A stretch of 64,000 bases of DNA from Myxococcota bacterium (GTDB lineage Bacteria > Myxococcota_A > UBA9160 > UBA6930): contig OZ245015.1 in the NCBI GenBank assembly GCA_965223705.1, positions 1,888,001 through 1,952,000 on the forward strand, read 5' to 3'. The position numbers and the translations under genes were made by a program. Shown here one piece after another: positions 57,485 to 64,000 of the stretch. Every line of letters starts with the position of its first letter. Within the stretch, counting starts at the first letter, position 1. The notes beneath the pieces were generated by a model. The model saw nothing but the letters and a program-made list of their open reading frames with translations, ran no database searches and had not been told where the DNA came from.

Positions 57485-59146
57485 CTAGCGCGTCAGCCAT
57501 TCAAACTTCTGCGGCTTTCGCTTCGCGTGGGGATCGATCATCACGTTGACCAAGTTCGGAAGCGGGTCGCGGACGGCTTCTTTCAGCGCCGTTCCGAACT
57601 CGTCCGGAGTCGTCGCGAAGTAGCCCTTGCCGCCGAACCCCTCGATGATGCGTTCGTAGTGTGCCGCGATGGTGTACTGCGCTGGGTTGGGCGCCGCAGG
57701 GTCGAGGTCGTCAAAGCCTCCGCCGATTCCGTTGTTGTTGACGACGACGAACGTGATCGGCAGCTGGTAGCGGCACGCCACCTCGACTTCCATGCCGCTG
57801 AAGCCGAACGCGGAATCCCCCTGCACGCAGATGGTCTTGCGCGTGGGTTCTGCCGCAGCGGCTGCGATCGCAAAGCCGGTACCCACACCCATCGTTCCGA
57901 ACGACCCGGCGTCGAGACGTCGCCGCGGCTCGTCGTGCATCAGGACGCTTCGGCTGATATCCATCGTGTTCGCGCCCTCACAGACCAGCATGTGGTCGGG
58001 AGGGAGTTGATCGCGGATCTCGCGAAGGACGCGGTAGTACCCCATCGGCACGCCGTCGTCTTCGCACATCGCAGCGACCGCCTGCTCGTTTTCGTCGGCC
58101 TTCGCGCGCAGGGCCTGTCGCCATGGAGACTTCTCGTCGAAGCGCCACGGGTTCTTTTCGAGGGCTTGGTTGAGCTGGTCGACCACCGCCCCGGCATCGC
58201 CCACGAGCCCGACTTCGCAAGGTACGTTGGTGCCGATCTCCTCCGGCTCGATATCGATCTGCACGACGCGCACGGTTTCCGAGAAACGCGGCGGCAGCCC
58301 GAAATGAAGGATCCAGTTGAGTCGCGCACCGATCAGCAGGACGAGATCCGCCTGACCGAGGGCGTCCGAGCGGGCCGAGGCGGCCGACAGCGGGTGGCTG
58401 TCGGGGACGACGCCTTTCCCCATCGGCGTCGGGAGGAACGGAAGCTGCGTCGTCTCGATGAACCGGCGAACCTCGTTTTCCGCGCGCGCATAGGCGGCGC
58501 CCTTACCGACGATCACGAGCGGCCGCTCGGCGCTTCGCAGAGCCGCAAGCGCTCGATCGATCGCATTCGGGTCCGCGAGGCTGCGGGGCGGTTCGGGACA
58601 GCAGGGCGGCAGCGCGACCTCGGCTTCGTTCAATTCGCCTGTGATGATGTCATTCGGCAAGTCGAGATAGGCAGCGCCCGGGGCTCCGTAAATCGACGTG
58701 CGAACCGCCTGCTCGACGTAGTACGGCACCCGCTCGAGACTGTCGGGTCGCGCGGCGTACTTGACGAAGGGCCGGGCCGCTTCGATTTGCGGCGCTTCTT
58801 GGAAGGCGCCCCCGCCGTTCTGATAGGAATCGTTCGCTCCGCCGAGCAGCAGCATCGGCCACCGGTTCGACCAGGCGTTCGAGAGCCCGGCGATGGCGTG
58901 GATCATGCCGGGGCCGGAGACCGCGAGGCAGGCGCCCGGTCGTCCCGTCAGATAGCCGACGGCGCCGGCGGCGTAACTCGCGGCCTGCTCATTGCGGAAG
59001 CCGTAGTAGGAGATCCCTTCTTTTTGAGCCGCGCTCGCGATGGGGACCACGGGAAAACCGACAACGCCGAACATCGTGTCGATGCCTTGGGATTTCAGGG
59101 AGCGCGCGATCAGTCGGGCGCCGTCGATGGTTTTCTGCTCAGCCAT
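57485..59146 (-). CDS. ThDP-dependent 2-hydroxyacyl-CoA lyase / oxalyl-CoA decarboxylase family
   Basis: RNEQAASYAA, GARLNWILHFG, EGANTMDI, RLDAGSFGTMGVG, GDSAFGFSGME and the C-terminal RKPQKFEWLT. Confidence 0.9.
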   Translation of the reverse strand: MAEQKTIDGARLIARSLKSQGIDTMFGVVGFPVVPIASAAQKEGISYYGFRNEQAASYAAGAVGYLTGRPGACLAVSGPGMIHAIAGLSNAWSNRWPMLLLGGANDSYQNGGGAFQEAPQIEAARPFVKYAARPDSLERVPYYVEQAVRTSIYGAPGAAYLDLPNDIITGELNEAEVALPPCCPEPPRSLADPNAIDRALAALRSAERPLVIVGKGAAYARAENEVRRFIETTQLPFLPTPMGKGVVPDSHPLSAASARSDALGQADLVLLIGARLNWILHFGLPPRFSETVRVVQIDIEPEEIGTNVPCEVGLVGDAGAVVDQLNQALEKNPWRFDEKSPWRQALRAKADENEQAVAAMCEDDGVPMGYYRVLREIRDQLPPDHMLVCEGANTMDISRSVLMHDEPRRRLDAGSFGTMGVGTGFAIAAAAAEPTRKTICVQGDSAFGFSGMEVEVACRYQLPITFVVVNNNGIGGGFDDLDPAAPNPAQYTIAAHYERIIEGFGGKGYFATTPDEFGTALKEAVRDPLPNLVNVMIDPHAKRKPQKFEWLTR

Positions 59147-59197
59147 GGTCTCCTCCGGGTTTCATGCGATGATACGCGAACCTCGTAGGAGAGAGCG

Positions 59198-59878
59198 ATG
59201 ATTAAGGTCGTAGCGAGCTTCAAACGCAAAGCCGGTTCCTCGGTCGAGGATTTTCAGCGCTACTGGCACGACGTCCACGGCCCACTCGCAGCGGAGCTTC
59301 CGGGCCTTCGGCGCTACGTGCAGTGCCACACCCTGCACGGTGGCTACCGGAAGGGGGAGCCGGTGTACGACGGCGTCGCGGAGGTGTGGTTCGATGACAC
59401 CGAGGCCTTACGGAAGCTCGCGGGTCATCCGGCGTTCAAAGCGGTTCAAGAGGATGAGCCGCGCTTTATGGACGTCGCCACCATGGCTCAGATCGTCACC
59501 GACGATCATCTCGTGAAAGACGGCCCGATCCCCGAAGAGGGGGTCAAGAATATCGAGTTCGTCTCTCGTCGTCCCGACCTCGACGTCCCCGCGTTCCAGA
59601 AACACTGGCGCGAGATTCACGGTCCCCTCGGCGCGTCGATTCCGCAGGTGAAACGCTATGTGCAGAGCCACACCCGGGCATCGGCCTACACGTCGGGCAA
59701 AACGCCGCGTTGGGACGGGGTCGCGCTCACGTGGTTCGAAGACACGAAGGCGATGCGCGCTTCGGCGGAAACCGCGGAATACGAAACCACTCGGCGAGAC
59801 GAACCGAACTTCGTCGCTGCCGAGCTGCCGTTTCTCATCACGCGCGAACGCGTGATCGTCGACGGCCCAGCCTTCTAG
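59198..59878 (+). CDS. Tandem EthD domain protein
   Basis: Two repeats of F..YW...HGPL...P...RYVQ.H...DGVA..WF.D. Confidence 0.85.
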   Translation: MIKVVASFKRKAGSSVEDFQRYWHDVHGPLAAELPGLRRYVQCHTLHGGYRKGEPVYDGVAEVWFDDTEALRKLAGHPAFKAVQEDEPRFMDVATMAQIVTDDHLVKDGPIPEEGVKNIEFVSRRPDLDVPAFQKHWREIHGPLGASIPQVKRYVQSHTRASAYTSGKTPRWDGVALTWFEDTKAMRASAETAEYETTRRDEPNFVAAELPFLITRERVIVDGPAF

Positions 59879-60486
59879 CGGCGCAGCGGCTTTCCGTTCC
59901 GGTAGCAGATCAGGGGAGGCGTGCGCCGCGCGCCGGCGATGTACTTATCCACCTCGGAGAGCACGATTTCCGTCACGTCGACGATGGGAAGTCTCCGCGC
60001 CGCCTCGAGCGTTTCCCAACGGAGATCGAGAAGCTCGCCGTTGCTGCGAACGGAGCCTGCAAACGCGTCGCGGTCGGCGACGAAGAAGCGTGCGTGGAAG
60101 CGCGTCGGTTGGTGCGCCGGCGTGATCGCCCGCGCGAGGTAGGTCAGCTTAGAGAGGTCGGGGCGGAGTTCGCCGTCGACGAGCTTTCCGAGGCGGAGCC
60201 CGGTCTCCTCGTGCGTCTCCCGGATCGCCGCCGCTCCGACGGCTCGAGGCGACGGCGTTCTTGAGGCGCCCGCGAGGGCCTTGCGCGTACTCGCTCGCAG
60301 GGAACTCACGAGGGGGCGCGTAGCGTCGTCTCTCTGGACGCCACCGCCCGGAAACACGTAGACGTCGGGCATGAAGCGGTTCTTCGGCGCGCGGCGCCCA
60401 AGGAGGATCTCGGCGCGCCCCCGGACGCGGCGCACCACGACGAGGCTCGCGGCGTGCCTGGGACGGGCGGGTTGGCTGTTCGGCAT
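59875..60486 (-). CDS. NUDIX hydrolase
   Basis: PRHAASL, YVFPGG, AAIRETHEETG, ITP and RFHARFF motifs. Confidence 0.88.
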   Translation of the reverse strand: MPNSQPARPRHAASLVVVRRVRGRAEILLGRRAPKNRFMPDVYVFPGGGVQRDDATRPLVSSLRASTRKALAGASRTPSPRAVGAAAIRETHEETGLRLGKLVDGELRPDLSKLTYLARAITPAHQPTRFHARFFVADRDAFAGSVRSNGELLDLRWETLEAARRLPIVDVTEIVLSEVDKYIAGARRTPPLICYRNGKPLRR

Positions 60487-60578
60487 GGCACCGGGTGGTT
60501 ACCAGAGCCGTGCGCCGCTCGCCTGCCGGGGTACCCGTGGCCTGCTACGGTCGCTTCGCAATCCATTGCGAGGCACCG

Positions 60579-61727
60579 ATGTACGACTTCCAGTTCGACA
60601 CTTGCGAACTGCCGCCTGAGGCCGCCCAGCTGCGGGCCGAAGTGCGCGAGTTTCTGGACAAGACACTGCGCGACTATCCGCTTTCAAAACGGGCCTTTAC
60701 GTGGCAAGGTTTCGATCCCGACTTCAGCCTGAAGCTCGCCGAGCAGGGCTGGATCGGGATGACCTGGCCGAAGGCCTACGGCGGGCACGAGCGGAGTGCG
60801 CTCGAGCGGTACGTCGTGCTCGAGGAAATGCTCGCGGCCGGTGCTCCAGTCGCCGCGCACTGGATCGGCGACCGTCAGAGCGGTCCGCTTCTTCTGCGCT
60901 ACGGCACGGAGGAACAGCGCCAGGCCTTCGTGCCGCCGATCGCGCGGGGCGAGGCGTATTACTGCATCGGCATGAGCGAGCCCGACTCGGGCTCGGACCT
61001 GGCATCCATGCGCACGCGGGCCGAGCGGGTGGACGGCGGCTGGATCGTCAACGGGTCGAAGCTCTGGACGACCCACGCGCATCGCTGCAACCGCATGGTG
61101 TGCCTGATCCGCACGAACCCGGACCCCGACAGCAAGCACGCGGGCTTGTCGCAATTCCTGATCGACATGGATTTCGATGGCATCGATGCGCGGCCGATTC
61201 GCGATCTCTCGGGCCACGAGCATTTCAACGAAGTGGTCTTCAAGGACGTCTACGTTCCCCACGACCGACTCGTCGGTGAAGAAGGGCAGGGTTGGCAGCA
61301 GGTGATGGCGGAACTCGCGTTCGAACGAAGCGGGCCCGAGCGCTACCTGAGCAGCTTCCATCTCCTGCAGGAGCTGATTCGCGAACTCGGGCCGAACGAC
61401 ACGTCGGCGGGCCGGCGGTTGGTGGGCCGCGCGATGGCGCACCTGGCCACGCTGCGGCAAATGTCGCTCTCGGTCGCGGGCATGCTGAACGAAGGGAAGG
61501 CGCCGGCGCTCGAAGCTTCGGTCGTGAAGGATGTCGGCACCGGGTTCGAGCAGGACCTCCCCGAATGGGTCCACGAACTCTTGGGGCTCGAGCCCGATCT
61601 CGAAGGTGACAGCGACCTCATCCAGGTGCTGGCCTACTTGACGCAGGTCGCGCCGTCGTTCTCGTTGCGAGGCGGTACCCGCGAAATTCTGCGCGGCATC
61701 ATCGCCCGCGGGTTGGGTCTCCGATGA
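60579..61727 (+). CDS. Acyl-CoA dehydrogenase (catalytic-type chain)
   Basis: GMSEPDSGSDLA, NGSKLWT, FNEVVF, LAFERSG and GGTREIL motifs. Confidence 0.92.
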   Translation: MYDFQFDTCELPPEAAQLRAEVREFLDKTLRDYPLSKRAFTWQGFDPDFSLKLAEQGWIGMTWPKAYGGHERSALERYVVLEEMLAAGAPVAAHWIGDRQSGPLLLRYGTEEQRQAFVPPIARGEAYYCIGMSEPDSGSDLASMRTRAERVDGGWIVNGSKLWTTHAHRCNRMVCLIRTNPDPDSKHAGLSQFLIDMDFDGIDARPIRDLSGHEHFNEVVFKDVYVPHDRLVGEEGQGWQQVMAELAFERSGPERYLSSFHLLQELIRELGPNDTSAGRRLVGRAMAHLATLRQMSLSVAGMLNEGKAPALEASVVKDVGTGFEQDLPEWVHELLGLEPDLEGDSDLIQVLAYLTQVAPSFSLRGGTREILRGIIARGLGLR

Positions 61728-62740
61728 ACGAGCTCGCGACGATGCTGCACGAGTCGGTGACACGACTCTTCGAAGATCTCGCCGGCCGAGAAACCCTCGA
61801 AGCGGCGGAGGAAGGCACGTGGCCCGAAGCGCTTTGGAAAGCGCTCGAGGAAACGGCGGTCACCCAGGCGCTCGTCCCCGAAGAGGTCGGAGGTGTCGGG
61901 GCATCTTGGCGCGAGGCCGAAGTCGTGTTGCGCGCCGCCGGGCGGCACACCGCACCGGTCCCGCTCGCCGAGACGATCGTCGCCGCCTGGCTCTGCGCTC
62001 GCGCCGGTCTCGAGACCCCTTCGGGCATTCTGACGCTCGCACCCGAGGCGACGGTCCGCCGAGACGGCGGCCGTTACAGCGGCACCCTCAAGCGCGTGCC
62101 GTGGGGTACGCGCGCGACGGCGGTGTTGGCCGAAGCCGGGGATGAGCTCGTGCTACTCGACCCGTCGGGTGCCGAGGTCTCCGAGGGCTCGAACCTCGCG
62201 AAGGAGCCGCGGGACACCCTGGGCTTCAGCGGGGCCGAGCCGATCGCGGTTGCCGCGAACCCCGTCGCCGGTGGCGTGAAACGCTTTGGCGCGTTGGCTC
62301 GCGCGTGTCAGATGGCCGGTGCCCTCGAACATCTCCTCGGGGAGTCCGTGCAGTTCGCGAACGACCGCGTCCAGTTCGGCCGCCCGATCGCGAAGTTCCA
62401 AGCGATCCAGCATCAGCTCGCCGTGCTGGCTTCGGAAACCGCCGCCGCGCGTGCTTCCGCGAGCGGAGCCTGTCACGTCGCCAACGGTTCGGACCCAGGC
62501 TTCGAAATCGCGGTCGCCAAGGTGCGCTGCGGCGAGGCTGCGGGCATCGGTGCCCGGATCGCGCACGCGGCCCATGGAGCGATCGGTTTCACCTACGAAC
62601 ACGCGCTCCACTTCGCGACACGGCGTCTCTGGTCGTGGCGAGCGGAATTCGGCGCGGAATCGTACTGGGCGGACGAACTCGGAAGCGGCGCGCTCACGCG
62701 CGGAGCGGATCGGCTCTGGGACTACGTCACGAGCCGGTAG
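61724..62740 (+). CDS. Short acyl-CoA dehydrogenase partner chain
   Basis: RVQFGRPIAKFQAIQH and HGAIGFTYEH present. Lacks the N-terminal FAD motif. ATGA-coupled to the upstream gene. Confidence 0.88.
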   Translation: MNELATMLHESVTRLFEDLAGRETLEAAEEGTWPEALWKALEETAVTQALVPEEVGGVGASWREAEVVLRAAGRHTAPVPLAETIVAAWLCARAGLETPSGILTLAPEATVRRDGGRYSGTLKRVPWGTRATAVLAEAGDELVLLDPSGAEVSEGSNLAKEPRDTLGFSGAEPIAVAANPVAGGVKRFGALARACQMAGALEHLLGESVQFANDRVQFGRPIAKFQAIQHQLAVLASETAAARASASGACHVANGSDPGFEIAVAKVRCGEAAGIGARIAHAAHGAIGFTYEHALHFATRRLWSWRAEFGAESYWADELGSGALTRGADRLWDYVTSR

Positions 62741-62799
62741 CGGAGTCGCCGATAGCGGCGTAATCCAGCGACCGTTAGGTTGTCGCGCGAGGGGGGTCC

Positions 62800-64000
62800 A
62801 TGAGCGATTACCTGCGCGACGGCGTACTGATCTACCTCCGCGACGACGCGGCCGACGGCCTGGTAGATTGGGACACACACTTCCGGTTTCTCAAGGGCGA
62901 TGGCGTCGACGTCGAGGCCGAGCGTGAGACCTTGCGCGCGGTCCTCGATGCCGCCGCCGAGATCTGCGAAAGCATCGAAGAAGACGCGCGCGCCGGCTGG
63001 GATGAAGCGGCGGTTCTCGAAGCCGGCGAGGTCCGACACCCGGCCCACATCGCCAAAGCCTACGAACTCCTTCGCGAAGCGGGCATCGTGAGCTTTGGCG
63101 TGGAGGAAGCTTACGAGGGCGTCGAGTTGCCGAGCCTCGTGGCGACCGTCGTCTTGCAAATGATCTCCCGAGCGGACGCCGGGTTGATGACCATCGTCGG
63201 TCTCCAGGCCGGTGTCGCCGAGGACATCCAGAAATACGCGTCCGAGGAACTGAAAGCGGCCTACCTGCCTCGCTTCGCACGCGGCGAAGTCCAAGGGGCC
63301 ATGGATCTGACCGAGCCCCAAGCGGGTTCCGACCTCGGTGCGATCACCACCCGGGCGACCGAGGAAGACGGGAAGATCTACCTCGACGGTCAGAAGATTT
63401 TCATCACCAACGGCGGCGCCGAAATCCACCTGGTCCTGGCGCGCGACGACGATACGTTCGAGCAGAGCAAAGGGACGACCCAAGGGCTTTCGTTGTTTCT
63501 CTGCCCGCGCACACTCCCGGACGGAACGAAGAACCACGTGACCGTCGAAAGACTCGAGGAGAAGCTCGGGATTCACGGGTCGCCGACCTGCGCGATCCGT
63601 TTCGACCGCGCCGAGGCGTTCCGCATCGCGGAGAAAGGTGCCGGGTTCCGGGCGATGCTCGACCTGATGAACAACGCTCGGTTGGGCGTTGCCGCACAGG
63701 GCGTCGGAATCTCGGAGGCGGCGATCTCCGAGGCTGTGCGGTACGCCCGGGAGCGCAAGCAGTTTGGTGTGCCGATCGCCGATCACGCGTTGATGAAGAA
63801 CATGCTCGCTCGGATGATTCTCGCCGCCGAGGGGAGCCGCGCGCTCCTCTATCGTTGTTGCGTCCTCGTCGATCGCAACCGCGCGATCACGGCGAAGCTC
63901 GCACGAGACGCGGATCTGTCGGAGCCCGAGCGCGTCGAATTGGAGAAGACGCTCGAGCGCAACCAGACGCGGATCCGGCTCTTGACGCCCCTCGCGAAGT
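62800..64000 (+). CDS. Acyl-CoA dehydrogenase, 3'-truncated by the window
   Basis: Manual translation from ATG 62800 gives AMDLTEPQAGSDLG, GQKIFITNG, EEKLGIHGSPT, MNNARLG and RKQFG. No stop before the window end. Confidence 0.9.
   Translation, partial: MSDYLRDGVLIYLRDDAADGLVDWDTHFRFLKGDGVDVEAERETLRAVLDAAAEICESIEEDARAGWDEAAVLEAGEVRHPAHIAKAYELLREAGIVSFGVEEAYEGVELPSLVATVVLQMISRADAGLMTIVGLQAGVAEDIQKYASEELKAAYLPRFARGEVQGAMDLTEPQAGSDLGAITTRATEEDGKIYLDGQKIFITNGGAEIHLVLARDDDTFEQSKGTTQGLSLFLCPRTLPDGTKNHVTVERLEEKLGIHGSPTCAIRFDRAEAFRIAEKGAGFRAMLDLMNNARLGVAAQGVGISEAAISEAVRYARERKQFGVPIADHALMKNMLARMILAAEGSRALLYRCCVLVDRNRAITAKLARDADLSEPERVELEKTLERNQTRIRLLTPLAK

Noticed and set aside
1..64000. Many long antisense or alternate-frame ORFs (for example 1890-3434, 28799-30565, 46792-48285, 51422-53050, 57527-59188)
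   Set aside because: They are shadow ORFs of real genes caused by high GC and codon bias. They are Arg/Pro/Ala-rich and carry no recognisable motifs.
1..64000. tRNA, rRNA, transposase, integrase, prophage or defence genes
   Set aside because: None recognised. Intergenic gaps are short and show no cloverleaf or terminal inverted repeat signatures.

Overview
GC-rich bacterial chromosomal segment, densely coding (about 58 CDS). The gene order lptC-lptA-lptB-rpoN-ptsN-hprK-rapZ-manX-ptsH-metK suggests a Myxococcota/deltaproteobacteria-like organism; this is inference from gene content only. The left half (1-31 kb) is accessory and metabolic: a LolA-like protein with an MMPL/RND transporter fused to a cNMP-binding domain, Fur, a repeat-rich peptidoglycan-binding protein, an ECF sigma/anti-sigma pair, ino1, oxidoreductases, a CoA transferase, a biotin-dependent acyl-CoA carboxylase cluster, htpX and a TPR-like protein. 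The right half is mostly housekeeping: solute symporter, sixA-CHAD/CYTH, the lpt/rpoN/PTS cluster, metK, yajC-secDF, bactofilin, TolC, ispDF-cysS-uvrBC-comEC, then a 2-hydroxyacyl-CoA lyase and acyl-CoA dehydrogenases. No rRNA, tRNA, CRISPR array or mobile element was recognised. The best candidate for a new system is the divergent locus at 13.0-20.4 kb: YceI, a membrane protein and a soluble hybrid kinase with an unusual N-terminal domain face an alpha-oxoamine-synthase-like enzyme, a GNAT protein and an esterase, which could form a signal synthesis and sensing module. Other notable items are a 38-bp tandem duplication that creates a coupling mini-ORF between cysS and uvrB, a dispersed 53-bp intergenic repeat, and several probable leaderless genes. 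All calls rest on motif recognition by eye; no database searches were run.
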